From contig NC_045696.1 in NCBI RefSeq assembly GCF_009834535.1, forward strand, positions 80,044,001-80,108,000: DNA of 64,000 nucleotides. Direction: 5' to 3'. The stretch comes from Camelus ferus (Eukaryota). The notes below the pieces were generated by a model, which made no database searches, was not told where the DNA came from, and saw only the letters and a list, made by a program, of their open reading frames with translations. The first letter of the stretch is position 1, and every line of letters begins with the position of its first letter. Below, piece by piece: positions 50,101-64,000 of this stretch. Position numbers and translations under genes: made by a program.

Positions 50101-52209
50101 TGTGTTTACTAGCACTGTGGCTGCTGCTACCATTACCACTACTGTTGCCCTACTTGAGGCCCTGTGATTGCCTAATGGGACTGATGGTTCTCTGCACTGC
50201 CTCCTCATCCCTGACCACAGGAGCAATAGCACTTGTATGTCTGTTCCCTTTGCCCCACCCTACCCCAGACACAAATCTTGTCCCTCACCAGGCCAGACTG
50301 GATACAGCAAAGACCTCCGTTGCATTCACCAAACCCAATCTCACTTTCCTCTTTTTAGGGAAAGTCTGCTGTGCTCAAGCTGTCTCCTTTAGTCTGGAAG
50401 AAATGGCACTCTTGCTGCTGCCCTTGGCCAGGATTCTGTCCCCATCCAAGGCAAGTCCCAGCCAAAATTCCTTATGTTAATTGTTAGCCTCTTCCTTCAG
50501 GTTTCTTCACTGGGAATGTAGTTATTGAATTCATATGTCAAGGGGACAAAACTGTATAAAGTAAAGGATAAAAAGATAGAACAAAATGAGAAGCTCCTTG
50601 AAAGAATAAACTATTTAAAAATTATTATGTGTCATCCACAACTCCTAAGATGCTGAATGAACAGGTTTCAGACAAAAAATACTAAAGGAATTGAACTGAA
50701 TTTAAGTATTTAGTATACTAAACTGTGTGACGTATTTTCCTCGAGCAATAAGATAATTTCTCAGGTGGGGGAAGTGAAATGTGGAAGATAGAACTACTGA
50801 GATTCTTCCTTTGGAGAATCCGCTTCCCCACCTCCACCTCTGAATTGAGGGACACACTGGACCATCTTTCCTCACTCCCATCTTACACTTGTTCCCCATC
50901 TGGTTTATTCCCTCCTCTTTATTTATAGTTCCCTTCTTTCATTTCCTCCTCCCCTCCTTCATCTATGTCTTCTTTTTTCATCTGTACTCCTTCAGGGTAG
51001 CAGAGAATGGGGAGTTAGGAAAGTTAGTTTGGGGTTCTGGAATATCTTTCTCCACCCTGTACCCACCCACATTAATGTGCACACTGCCCATGCAGTCACT
51101 CTTCAAATCAGAGTGAACGAGATTTCTCACACCTTTGTAGTTTATTCTCATCTACTAATAAGAACTAGTATATCTGGAAAAAATATTATTTGTTGCAATA
51201 AATGGACAACATTTGTTGTAGTGGGCTTTTTATAACCTCAGGTTGTGATGAAATATATTATAATTTCTAGATTTTATTTTTAAATATGAAATGTTATGCT
51301 ATCAACTAGTAATAATATCTACTTTATTATAAATTTAAATATTTTATCATAGGATTAAATGTTTTACTGTAACTAAATGTTAACACTGTAAAATCACATA
51401 GAGCTTGTGTAATTGTTTTTCTCCTCTGTCACTATCCTTACTCCCTCAAAGCATTTATGAAGTACATATCTATAAATAAAGCCAAACCAGGTACAGTTGC
51501 AAAGATTCAGTCCCTCTAAGAATTTATCACTTAAGATTTTTATTTCAAAATTTTTAGTGAGTATTCATGGAATTCTGTCCTTTCTTGGAATTATTAACAT
51601 TTTCCAATTAAAATGTCATATTTCCAAGTGGGTTATAATACAGCATCTTCTATATTCCTGCCTGTGAAACAAGCTTTAGAAATTATAATCACTGTGAGCC
51701 AGAAGCAGCTATTTTACACACCTCAATAGTCAGTAATTAGGATATGAATCATTGTTCTATTCATTTGAATCATTAGGCTATAAATTACTTGGCACAGATT
51801 TGCAAAACTATACATATTTACCACTTTAAGTTTCACTTGGACAAATACAATTAGCTTTCCTTGATGGAGCAAGAGGTTTCCAAACATGATGAGGCCATTT
51901 TTCAAATTATGTAATTTGATTAGTAAAATTTTAGGTGTGGGGAAAAAAACCTTAGCTCATTAGTCTTATTCTTTATTTTACAAATGAATTTTACTAAAGC
52001 CTACCACATAGAACTTATTACATTCCTTTACCAAGGGCAGGCAACTACTTAGAGGCAAAACCAAGATCATAAGTTTTATTTCCATTAATCTATTTTGTCT
52101 TTTTATTAAAGATACTAATATTTATATTTTATATTATACTTATAAAAATATCAGTATCTTTATTCATATTGCTTGCATTTTTTTACTTTTAAAGACAGTA
52201 AGATGCTTT

Positions 52210-52895
52210 CAGTTCCATACAAACCTTCTTGGTCTTGTTCACCAGTGTATCTATGTTCAGCATCAAGCAACACTTCCTGGCACATAGTATGTTCTCAAAA
52301 GTTGTTGCATGAATAGCATTGTAATTGATCTTCAAGCATCCATGTTGCCTTCTTCTAATTCATTCTCCAGTCTGCATTCAGAGTGACATTATGCAAACTC
52401 ATCATGTCACTACATCCTTAAAACACTTAATCCTACTAGGCCTGCATGGCCTAACCTCTACTTCATTTCCAGCTTCATCTTACACCATGTTCCCATTCCT
52501 TCTCTTGAGCTCTATACCTGTCTTCCTTCTCAAGGATTTTGGCACCTGCTCTTCTCTCTACCAATTCCTGTGATGCCCCTTCCTTCAACCTCCAGTAGGC
52601 AACTTCTACTGATTCTTCAGCATTTGCTCACTTACCACTCCTCAGAAGGTCTTTCCTAACTACTCACACTATCAGAATTCCCAGTGTACAGCCCCCAGCA
52701 CCATAAGTCTCTCTTTCGTGGTACTTGTCAAAGATGTGATTATTGGATTAATGTCTGTCTCCTCCACTAGCTAAGCTCCTTGAAAGGGAAAAAATGCCTT
52801 TTTGTTCACCATTTATCCATAGTGCCTAGCACATAGAAGGCACTCAATTAAATATTTGTTGAAATAACAAGTAAATGAATCAATGATTGAATGAA
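52210..52895 (+). mobile_element. L2 3' fragments
   Basis: ttgttcaccatttatccatagtgcctagcacatagaaggcactcaattaaatatttgttgaa plus (tgaa)-like tail. Confidence 0.7.
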
Positions 52896-53214
52896 CTTGT
52901 TTTTATTATAGTATCAGTGATGCGTTTTCCAAACATATTAAAAAAGGTTTCTATTATTTTTGCTTTTATCAAACCCATTATTTATTGCAACTTTCAGGAA
53001 AAATTTAGTGACATTTTTTAAATTAATAAATTTACATCAAAGATAAAATAATTTACATCTTGAATTGACAATTGAGCAAATAACACAAGAATTGAATTTT
53101 TTTTATCACACCTAGTCCAGCTGTGAGTGGAAGAGTTAATGCTAATCGTACTAAACTGATCAGTTAAAACTTGCCAGTATTTATGAACATAGGTAATTGT
53201 CCATATCAAAAATT

Positions 53215-53307
53215 GTTTGTTTTTTTTTTAGTGGAGGTACTGGGGAATGAACTCAGGACCTTGCGCATGCTAAGTGAACACTCTATCACTGAGCTATACC
53301 CATCCTG
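53215..53307 (-). mobile_element. tRNA-derived SINE resembling camelid Vic-1
   Basis: Minus strand gggtatagctcagtgatagagtgttcacttagcatgcgcaaggtcctgagttcattccccagtacctccac followed by an A tail; A and B boxes present; TSD caaaaatt at 53207-53214 and 53308-53315. Confidence 0.85.
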
Positions 53308-53889
53308 CAAAAATTCAGTTTTCTTACAGCCTACACTTTCATACATTATACACTGATACTCATAAATTGCCTCTTCCACACTATCAAATGACTTGTAAAC
53401 ATCCAGTGTATCCCAAAGTGATTCTGTCTTCCAGTTTAGTTTTGACAGCAACTCCATCTTTATGGAGTATTTACTATGACAACAATTAGAATTCTTTGAT
53501 TGTACTTAGCAATGTTTTGTTGGTGCTGTTCAAATGAATGGGAAAATGGAATTGCTAATGCAGTTGAAATAAAAATAGAACCCGGGACATTTGGCATAAG
53601 CAGATTAACTGTGGGTTTAATGATGAAGGAAAAAAATCACATGTGAAAAATGGTAGAAATGCATTGGGGTGATAGTTTAAAGGTGAGAGGTAGTATTGTA
53701 AATGATATGCAAGTGCATAATGCAACTATATGTAAATCCTTTACATAGGAAAAAATTAACATTAAAGAAATATACAAAATGTTCTTAGTGTATGTGGGGA
53801 GTTGCATTTGGGAAGATTATTTCTCCCTCTCCTTTCCTTTTTTTTTTTTTTTTTTTTTGGTACTTTTCAAATTTTCTGAGTGTTTTAGT

Positions 53890-54350
53890 GAACAGTTGTT
53901 ATTTTCCTGGCTGTTGAACATTTAACCACTCCTTCCTAATAATGGTCTGATTTTCCTTTTGAAGAATCCCTCATTGAATATGGTTTTAGTGGGAGGTAAT
54001 TCTTGTCTGTTAGCATAGATCTGAGTAGGGCCACATCCTCTTTTCATAATTAAAGCTCAGCCAATTATGTGCTCTTTCAGAGGACTGTGAATTTTTAGCA
54101 TGTGCTAAAGATATTGAAAGGGTTAAAGATCATATACATTCTAATAGCATCAACATTGTGCAGACCAGATTCTTTGGGTCCAAACATCTTTGCTGGTGTT
54201 TCCACTGCCTACACCTCTGGAGCTTTCTAGCTCCTGCCCATTTCCCAAGTCTGATCCACATACTGATCCTGTAAATTTGCAAAATAAATTAAACTCTTTT
54301 TTCCTTCAAGATAGAATTGGTTTCTATTGCTTGTGACCAAGAATACCAAG
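53890..54350 (+). mobile_element. Old MaLR-like LTR remnant
   Basis: 3' end aaattaaactctttttccttc...ggtttctattgcttgtgaccaagaatacc resembles MLT1-family LTR ends. Confidence 0.45.
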
Positions 54351-54359
54351 ATGTGTTGC

Positions 54360-55130
54360 TTTTATAAATCCAAATCTTGTTGGTTCTACCTTCAAAATAT
54401 GTCCATAATTAGACTAGTTCTTATCCTTCTATTACCCTTTTCTAGGCTACCATCCTCTCTCACCTGAATTATAGCAATAGCCTCCTGACTCATCTCCCGA
54501 ATTTTACCTTTAAATCTTCACTGTCTATTCTCAATAAAGCATCTGGAGTCTTCCTGTTAAAACATTAAGTCAGATCATGTCACTCTACTCAAAGTCCTTT
54601 ACTGTCTTCCCATTTTTTCATGCTGAAGCCACAATAGTCTTCATGGCCCCACACAGTCCTTACTAATATCATCTCCTATTCCTCCACACTTTTACTGACC
54701 TCTAGCCACACTGGCTTCTTTGCTGCCTCTCAAAGACATGAGGCATACTCCTAACTTAGGCTGTTTTCTCTGCTTTTATGTCCTTCCCTCATATGTGCAT
54801 GACTTACCACCTCTTCTCCTTCAATTCTTGCTTAGATTCACCTTCTCAATCAGCCTAGGTAGCTACCCCTTCCAAAATCACAGCCCCTTCCTCAAGCATT
54901 TCTGGTCCTCTTTGCCCTACTCTTTTTATTTCATAGCCATTATCGACTGCAAATATATATTTATTTGTTATATTATTGTTTATTGTCTGTCTCTCCATAC
55001 TATAATGTGAGCTACATGAAGGCAGGGAGTTTGTGTATTCTGTTCCCTAGAATATTTCCAGTGACCAGGTCAGTACCTGCCACATGATAGGTACTCAGAA
55101 ATTTTTTGAAAAGAAGAATAAATGAAAGAA
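54360..55130 (+). mobile_element. L2 3' fragment
   Basis: caaatcttgttggttctaccttcaaaatat...aagtcagatcatgtcactc...aatgtgagctacatgaaggcaggga...gataggtactcagaaa. Confidence 0.8.
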
Positions 55131-55419
55131 AAAAGAATGAAAAGAAGGAAGAAAGGAGACAAATATTTCTAAATATTACCTATGTAATATAATAAAAATT
55201 TAGTTCATAGTTTATCCACTGTTTTCAAGCTTTTAAAATATTTCTTTAAATGAAATATCACAGTGAACTCTAGTACATAAAACAGATAAATGCCAAGCTG
55301 AATTAATTTCCAAAAGAAGCCATGATTTGCCTTCATAGAGACTACAGAAATTTTAATTCTTGTGGAACACAGAATTTGAAAACCACTGAATTCGAAGGAA
55401 CAAATCATTCATTTATAAA

Positions 55420-56960
55420 ACAAGAAAATGAGATATACTCCTAATAGATATTCACACCCATCTATGAAGCCATGCAAAAAAAACTTTTCAAATTTGAATC
55501 TAATTAATCTCTAGATCTGATTTTTTTGGAAATACAAAGAACAGAGAAACATGATAAATTACAGCACAAGTATATAATCAGCAAGATCTAGACTTGCAGA
55601 AACTCTACACAAAAATCTTGTTTCTTCAACAAATAACTGCAAGGGGAAAATGAGCAATAAAGGGGTAATCAATAGATTAGGTTTAAGAGACATGTAACCA
55701 AACACAAGATATAAATTTTATTTGGATCATGATTAAAAACATAATTAAATCTGGAAGATTTGAACAGACACATTACAAAAGAATATAAACGAGTAGTAAT
55801 GACCAATACACACATGAAAAAATGTTCAATGTCATTAGTCATCAGGGATATGCAAATTAACAACAAAATGAGATAACTGTATACACTCACAAGAATGGCT
55901 AAAATTAAAAAGATTGAGAACTCCAAATGTTGGTGAGGATGTGAGAGAATCAGAACCCTCATCATTGGTGGATGTAAAAAACTACAACCTCTTTGGGAAA
56001 ATATTTGACAGTTTCCTATAAAACCAAGTATACACCTACCCTATGACATTAATACTCCAGAAAAATCTATATATCTGACCACAAAAATAGCTTGTGTAAG
56101 AATCTTTGTAGCACCTTTATTCATAATACCCCAAATCTGGAAACAGCCCAGATGTCCATCAGAGAATATAAACTGTGGTATATTCATACAAAGGAATATT
56201 ATTCAGCAAGAAAAAAGGGATGACTCACTGATTTCCACAACGATGCAGATGATTCCCAAAAACATTATGCTGAGCAGAAAAAAGCCTCAGACAAACGAGT
56301 AAGGTTATTTATATAAGGTTCAACAGTAGTCAAATAATGGGAAGAAAATCAAAACAGTGTTGTCTGTTAGGAAATGGAGATAGGGAATACATGGGAAGGG
56401 GCATGATGGCAATGATAATACTCTGTATTTTGATAGCAGTTTGCATTACAGATGTATGCATTGGCCAAAACACAATATATACTTTAGATTTGTGCATTTT
56501 ATTGTTTGGAAAGTTTACGTGAAAAGGAAAAGTAAACAAAGATTGTACTCCAGTTAATGTTGTACATGTTGAATTATTTAAGGGAAATTGTACTGATGTC
56601 TGTTATTTACTTTGAAATGTGTTTAAAAAAATAGATGAATTGATGGGTAGGTTAGAGAGAGAGATATATGATAAAACTAGAAATAGTAAAAACATTATTG
56701 GTATCATCTAGGTGGTCTGTAAATAGGTGTTCACTGTAAAATTATTTCAACTTTGCCTGTATGTAAATTTTCATAATAAACTGTTAGGGGAAAGATTCAA
56801 TAAAAATTTATTTAAAATATGAGAATATCATAGAAATGTGAATGCAAACTGGGTATTTGATGATATTGAGGAATTGTATTTATTTTTGAGTGTGATAATG
56901 GTATTGTAGTTATAAGCTTTAAAGAGATCTTATCTTTTAGAGATACATTCCAAAATAAGA
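55420..56960 (+). mobile_element. Nested old L1M fragments (L1 3' end ~55745-56810 within an L1MC-like 3' UTR)
   Basis: cattagtcatcagggatatgcaaatt, tggaaacagcccagatgtccatc; the host UTR resumes at gaaatgtgaatgcaaactgggtatttgatgatatt. Confidence 0.75.
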
Positions 56961-59900
56961 AAAGAAGACTTTTCAGACCCTTGAAAGTTTTTCTTTGGTT
57001 GTTCCCAAAATTTATACTTTTTTATTCATGTAAATTGACCTATAGACTCCCCAGTTTTCTTCTTTTTTCCTGTGGTTGTGGTATATTGACTGTGAATACA
57101 ATACCTTTACTAAATCCTGGGGCAGAAGTAGAGCAAAAGAGTGATGTTAGTGCAGGAATTCAGAACTTACAGGATATGAGCTCAAAGGCACTGGGACCCA
57201 GGAGAAGTTTTAAACCTGTGGTGACTAAGCTACTGAAATTCTAGCAAGCATTAGGGGCCAAGTAAATAGTGTGTAAGATGCTAAAGACCAGAGAACCACA
57301 GACAGGGAAAAATTTCCATATTTTGGACAATAGAGGTGAATCAGAGGAAACCTAAAATTCAGGCAATTGTGTAATTTCAGAAGTTCTTAACCTTTGCCCT
57401 ATGGTGAATATAATGTGTATCCTATGAAGTAGTGTGATTTTTGTGAGAATTGTGTAAAATAATTTTAGTGTTTAGAATAGTGACACATAGAAAGCACTCA
57501 GTCAGTGCTAGCTATTACTATTATTACGTATTTGACAAATATTTATTAAGTTCTTGTTATACACTAGGCACTGCTAGGCATTGAGGATAAAGTTATGGAA
57601 CAAAATGGTGCAGACTTTGCCATCACAGAGCTCAGAGTTTAGTGAGATCTATCTAGACAATCCCCATTCCACCATACTGCTTTCCTTTTTATACACCTAG
57701 AGTTCACAAGTCCATATAGCATTCTAACCATTCATAATAGAGAGTTAATTTTACATTAATATGTATAAAAGTAGAAAAATGTTTCCCTAATGCATACTAA
57801 CATGACAGTTGTGATGCTTGATATAGTCACAGATAAGGAAAAAAAAAAGAACTAATGCTTTCTCTCTCATTATTTTTACCTTCTCTTTCACACATAGTTG
57901 AACTTATTTTATAGAGGCTATTAAAATATTAGGCTATTTTCTCCTTCATTAAGCATAATTTCTTTTCATTTTTTATTAACATTTTGCATGCTCCTCTTTT
58001 TGAAGATTAAATGGAACTGTAATGTATATCATAGAGTTGAGATGTTTATCAATATTTTCAAATTACATTATTTCATTTTCCTAATGAAAATCCTTTTTTG
58101 TTTGTTTTCTTTACTTTTTTTATAAATAGGACTGACCAATGAATTGATATATATTAAATCGCTGCTCCTGAGAAAACCAATGTAAAATTAAAAGGTAATA
58201 TCTTTTCATATAGTAGATACCTCTAGACAGAACTTCTGTATTGTTTAATTTTTTAAATTATAAACATGGATTACTTTCATAATTTAAAACTTGGGAAAAT
58301 AAATCAGCCCTAATTGTGCCATTTTCCATATTAAACCTTTGACTTCCTGTTAACAATAGCATATCCAAGCACTTTGCCATGAACATTCAAGGTCTTTTAC
58401 CAACTACCCCCCAAGCAGAAAGTAAAAATATGTTTTCATGCTATGAAAATAAGGACCATAATTTAAAAGAACCATTTTCTGGAAACTTCTGGAATACCTT
58501 AAGGTTGAAACCACAATTCGTATATTTATCTGAAGTTTTAATAATATCTAATTAGATATTAAATCATCTACTCATAAACTTTACAAGTAGTAGTGTTAAT
58601 CTTAAAACAAAACAAAGCTTGAGTTTCCAGTCTATTAGCCTATTCCATTATTTTGTTAGAATTGTAATGAATATATTTACTATATTACTATCTTAGGTTC
58701 CTAAGAAAAATCAATCATGTGTTTGACTATCACAAGATTATCATAGCAAAAAAAGTTTTTAGTAAAACAGACTTTGTACTGTCTTAAGCAAGGTCTGGCT
58801 TGATTTCTTGAATATACTTTAGAATTCCTCAAGACAGAAAAGTTTTCCTGTTGGTTCCTCCTCTTGAACCAGGAGATGGGGATTTAAGCATAGGCTTTGT
58901 TTCCTAGGCCATAGAAATGAAGGGCTATTTACCATCTCTGGTGTACCACATTACTAGGATTTACCTCTACCTGCTTCACTTGGTGGTCCTTTTCTGTATC
59001 TCCTCTCAAATGTGGACACATTCTGCCAGGAAGCAGGGATCCCACGGTGGTTTTCCTTTCCCATGAGTCACGAATAGCTCAGGCTGAGTCAAAGTACACT
59101 GGGCTCCACTGTATCTGTAAATAACATGAATCTACTTCACAATCTTGGGTCCAAAAAATCATCATTTTCTTTACTGTTCTAAATTATATATGCCTGTATA
59201 AGCTTGCTACTTATCAGGATTAATTTAATCCATCTTGTTTAGCTGATTTTATAGGAGAATGCAAATAAGGCAGGGGGTCTCCATCCCTCTCTAGGATCAT
59301 GAACCATCTCAGTCATCGTATACAGTCCAGAACATTTGTGGGAAAGGAAGTCCGTTTTGATTACCTGGTCTGGTCTTCAGTCCATTTTGATTACCTCTGA
59401 GGTGTTAATTATTGATGCCAGCATAAACTATTTACAGGCAGCCACGTCTACTCCTTTTATCCCATGCTTGAACAAGAGTATTTGTTATTCCCCAAATCAT
59501 GACAGTTGGTATCAGTCCCCAGGCATCCCCAGGCTGCCCTAACTCAGCAGCTGCCTCGATTCTTCCTTCTCCTGGAGTGCGTCTGGGATTCATCCCTCTC
59601 AGAGCTGCCTCCACCATGCTTCAGGAAAAATGCCCTGAAAGTCAGACCAGAGTCCATCTTCACCTCAGGGACCTGGTCTCTATCTTCTCTCTCTCCTTCT
59701 TCTCGCCAGTATTCTGAAACACAAAATGGCCTACTTCCTTAAGGGCAAAGGGGGAGTGCTGAAGGGATCTTCAGTGTCATGGAGCTTTTCATGGAAAGGA
59801 ACCCTCCCTCTTATATGTACTTTGTTTAATGCTAATTTACTAATTATTTAAACATGAGTTATTATGAGATACTAAATCAAAACAAATTAAATTTAAACAT

Positions 59901-62900
59901 TGATTATTTACTTAATGAAACATTGAAACATATAATCAACATTTCATATTAGTTAAAAATCATGTCTGGTATATCAGGTCTTCTTAAATAATATGTACAT
60001 ACTTATAGAACTAAAAAGCACAAATTATATTGATTATAAAACACTACTTTTCTACTTCAAGCAGTTAAAAATATTAATACTACGGATTAAAATTTATGCT
60101 TTTCATTATTTCTATACTACTCTCATCACTATTTCTCATTACTCTTAGGAGTTGCCTTGCTAAAGTAACAGAAATATTCATTACCTTGAGGGTTATAGTT
60201 CCAAATTAAGAAGTAGAAAATACCAATGTAGGGTGGCCAAGGTTAGAGTTTCTGGATTGTCAGCATGTTGGGCCTGGTTGTATCTTTCAAATCTTAGCTG
60301 CCAATCTGCAGGCTGTACTTACTGCTCATAATTATTTTTGTAGCAAAGACTCTAATGTGAAATTTCAGATAAGGTATTTTGGGCAGAGCAGAGTCAGAGT
60401 CAATAAAAACAGCAGGGGATAAAACATGGATATTAGAACTGGAGGATATCTTAAATCAGTCTCTGCTCACTTCATTTTTTTTAAATGAGGAAAAAGAGAA
60501 AGAAAAGATGCTGATGGCAAGGAGATAAGACAACCTTTTTAATAGTTCAGGAATCATGATTCTAGGGTCCTGAACAAGGATGATGGCAATAAAAAAGAAG
60601 GCAAATATCAAAGGCAGGGTAAACAGAATTGAAGTCTTGCTGATAACTGATAAGATGTAAAAGAATAATACAAAGTTAAGCTGAAGTGCAAGTTTCTATG
60701 ATAGGTAACATGCTATGGGGAGTTGATTTTATAACAAAGGTATAGTATATTTACATCAGAGCTTGACTTGTTTCTCAAAGCAGTAAAATTAGTAGAGCCA
60801 CTGAATGTAGTGACTGCCATTGAAAAGCACTATCTTATACCCCCAACGGGATTGGTTATCAAATTGGTTTTTCTTCATGCTGTGCAGTAATTTTAGGCAT
60901 TTTGAAACACTGATGCTCAAAGTGTGATCTGTAGCTCAGAACCAGTCTATAAGCTGTTACCAACTCACAAGGAGATAAATACAGAAATTGTAAGTAAGCA
61001 TTTAGAAACTTTAATAGCAATTTAACATTGCTGTGACATTCAAGTGCATGAGCAGAGTAACTTAACAAAATATTGGTCTGAAAGGATTGAAAAAAACCCT
61101 AGTCCTTCACAGACAGTTTGAGAAGCTTTGTTTTCAAAGATAAGGGAAGGTATTCAAGATACATGAAATTCCAAAAGCAGGCGACAAAAGCTTAATATTA
61201 TATGAGATCACTTATAAAAAATATACACATTTATCCATAGTAAAAGTGGAAAAATATTAACCAAAAAAGATTAACTAAAATAATGTATATAAAATACTTA
61301 TAACACTGTGTGGTACATAGAAACACTCCATAGGTGTCTCTGATGATGACAGTGACGATGCTGGGACCTCTTTGCAGTTGCCGATTGTATTCTTGCTGCT
61401 CCATAACCATCAGGGATTTTAATTCTATTCCACAGCTGCTGCTCCTGCCACCACTTTGCTTGCTGGTCTCTCATTGTTGTTGCAGATCCCCCACCACCAC
61501 CCCGCCCAAGGTCTCTGCCTTATCATCATGCCATTTCAAACACACATTCATCATTAATCATTCCCTCGGCAGCCAAGACTCATGGCTCTTTCTCTTTCTG
61601 AGTCAGTTTCAACAGGAGTTAACAGGATATTAAGCCTACCAAGAAATCTCATGTAGCTTTAAGATGCTTAAAAATCAAAATGTATAATGTTGCTTGTGAA
61701 GTCAGCTGACATCTTCCTTGAAATTCTTATCTAGATTTATAAAATAATACACATTTATTTACAGGGGTATAAGTGAAAGAAACACAACAGATTGCCTAAT
61801 AAATGTCAGGGAGTAAAGCTTTGGTAGCAATATATCAAAATCCATAGTCCATCTCTGCCATTGCCTGTGACTTTGGGCAAGTTACTTATCTCCTATCTCC
61901 TCTCTTAGCCTGAGGTAGTAATATTACTTATCACTCTTCTATCAGTGACAAGCAAAGTATGTGCTCAGTAAATAGTAGCTATTGTCATTAACACAACCCT
62001 ACCATTTACAGAGGAGGAAACTAGGTCAGAGAGTCCAGGATCACATGGTTAGTTCATCACTGAACTAGGACTAGATGCCAGTGCTCTTGCTCATACATTT
62101 CACTGCCTTTCACAACTCTGTTCTGCAATTCTATAAATTCTTAGACATGACTCAGCATTATGTTTATTTGTGTCTTCTTGGGAAACATGGACAAAAAATT
62201 TTATATCAGGTTCAGAATATATTTTTATTTTGTTCATTCATTATATTCTAGAAATGTGATGGTATGAATCTGTAGATGGATAGAAAGAGGGAGAAAGAAA
62301 AAATGCAACTAAGTTGTAATTCCTTTATATCCAATGGATGTGCCACCATTGGCTAGCCTCTACCTTTAGGAATTCACATATATTAATGAGCTGGGTTTAT
62401 AAAATATTAAAACTCATCATAATTATGAATTTACTCTATAAATGGTTTTATCTGGACTTTCTGTTATAAACAGAACCAACTCAGTCTAGCTAGTTTTAAC
62501 AGAAGAGGGCCAATCATTCTCAAAGGCTAAAGCTTCTTGAGGCAGTACCAAAAGCCACCCTGAGACTGTCTCCAGTGCCTCTGGGATCAAGGTGCACAGA
62601 CACCACCAGCAGTCTTCACCTTTGATACCACTGAGAGCTCTGTGCCTCTCAGCTAGACTCTTCATGATGCTCTTTTGAGTGAAAGGCATTCTGTGGGTGC
62701 TGCTAATGGCAAAATCTAGAGCACATACTGCGTATCTGAGATGTGAGAGAGACTGGAAAGGTGACATTCATAGCTTCCAGCTTGCAGACCTGGGATTCAC
62801 AATGTGATAAATTACCAATGTTTAGAACATTTAAAAGCTTCTAAGAGGCCACAGATATACAAAATGCCCACTATGATGCTTATGCAGGTTTTCTTTGGAA

Positions 62901-64000
62901 TAATGTCACATTCATATGCCCCCAAACATATTCACTATAAGGCATATGAAGAGACAGATGATTCACCTTTTAAACATGAAATATAATGAAAATTTAAAAT
63001 TAAAAAAAATTTCTTTTTATTCTCTTTCTCTCCAACACTTCCTCTTTATCCCCTACTTTCCTTCCTATTATTCCTCCTTTTTTCCCTTGTCTTTTTTCTG
63101 TATCTATAATTTCCCTAAATATATTTATCAAGAATCTGTATAAATGAGAATTGTCATTAAATTTTAACAAAGTATTACATGACTTTACCAGTGCTATTCA
63201 CACTGTTAATGTTTTAAGTATTCATATCTGTATTCCAGCTAAGATCTCACTCCTGAGATCCACACCTATACGTTGAATCTCCTTTTGGAAGTCTGTTTCT
63301 CAAACTTCAGTAAGCCCCAAACTGAACTCAATATTATCCTACACAGACCTTCTTCTGCTGTATTTCTTAAGTGAATGGTGCCATCTACCAAATTCCCCAT
63401 GACTCTAGAAACTTTGAAGTCATCTTCCATTCCTCCCTTTTACCAGGTTAAAACAGCACAGCAGTCCTGTGTATTGTACCCCTCTAAAATCTGTCCAGTT
63501 ATTTCCACTCCTTCTGCTGCTGTCTTCTGCAGGGTCTAAGCTCTTCTCACGCAGACCGTGGAAGTGAGGCTTCCAGGCTAATATCCTGACCTTCATCCTG
63601 CCCTACCTACTACAGCAGACATATGTTATCAGAATGATCTTTTTAAAAATGTTGATCTGATTATGTAATTTACCTTCCATTAGACTATTTCAGTTTCCTT
63701 AGCCTTCAGGTCAGTATAAAGCTTAAGCTAGACCTTGACAGTCAAAGCCCTTCATGATGTATTTGCTGCCCTCTTCTCTTGCCAAAGGGTAAGGCTGACT
63801 CTGAGTCATGCATTGGAGTCCAAGGATCCAAATGGGGCAGGATAATCTAACATGAGGAAGGCAAATTTGCACACTTTGGACCAAGGATAGCTTTGCAGCA
63901 CCCCAGGTTACCTTCTTCAAGTTTATGAAGGGTTGCACTTAGAAAGTGAATGATAAATATTTATTTAGTATCTGAGACCATATAGGATTAAACATTTGTA

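Noticed and set aside
53230..53305. tRNA gene
   Set aside because: Has A/B boxes but poor acceptor-stem pairing, an A tail and a TSD, so it is a SINE.
49000..64000. A neighbouring gene (e.g. NCEH1) or a novel coding gene upstream of ECT2
   Set aside because: No recognisable exon or second CpG island; the ORFs are short and mostly overlap L2/L1/MIR/LTR remnants.

Overview
Mammalian genomic DNA: AT-rich, repeat-dense, with one CpG island. It is probably from a camelid, judged from a Vic-1-type tRNA-derived SINE. The window holds most of ECT2 (RhoGEF required for cytokinesis) on the minus strand. That comprises a CpG-island promoter and non-coding exon 1 at ~48.2-48.6 kb, and 22 coding exons (my exons 2-23, 45084 down to 623). 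Spliced by hand these give an uninterrupted 2508-nt, 836-codon frame covering the BRCT region, S-loop/NLS, DH, PH and the start of the C-terminal tail; the last exons lie left of the window. Intron 14 contains an antisense processed pseudogene of NDUFA3 with a 13-bp target-site duplication (TSD). The rest is L1, L2, MIR, MaLR LTR and hAT/Tigger DNA-transposon remnants. The 49-64 kb region upstream of ECT2 has no recognisable exons. I found no new multi-gene system. The most notable local oddities are a GC-AG intron, an A-rich acceptor, an Arg-to-Cys change in an NLS basic cluster, a strong-Kozak uORF, the retrocopy at a MER58 edge, a twin-primed L1, and L1 pieces abutting exons. Repeat subfamily names and comparisons with human ECT2 come from my recall of those sequences, not from any search.
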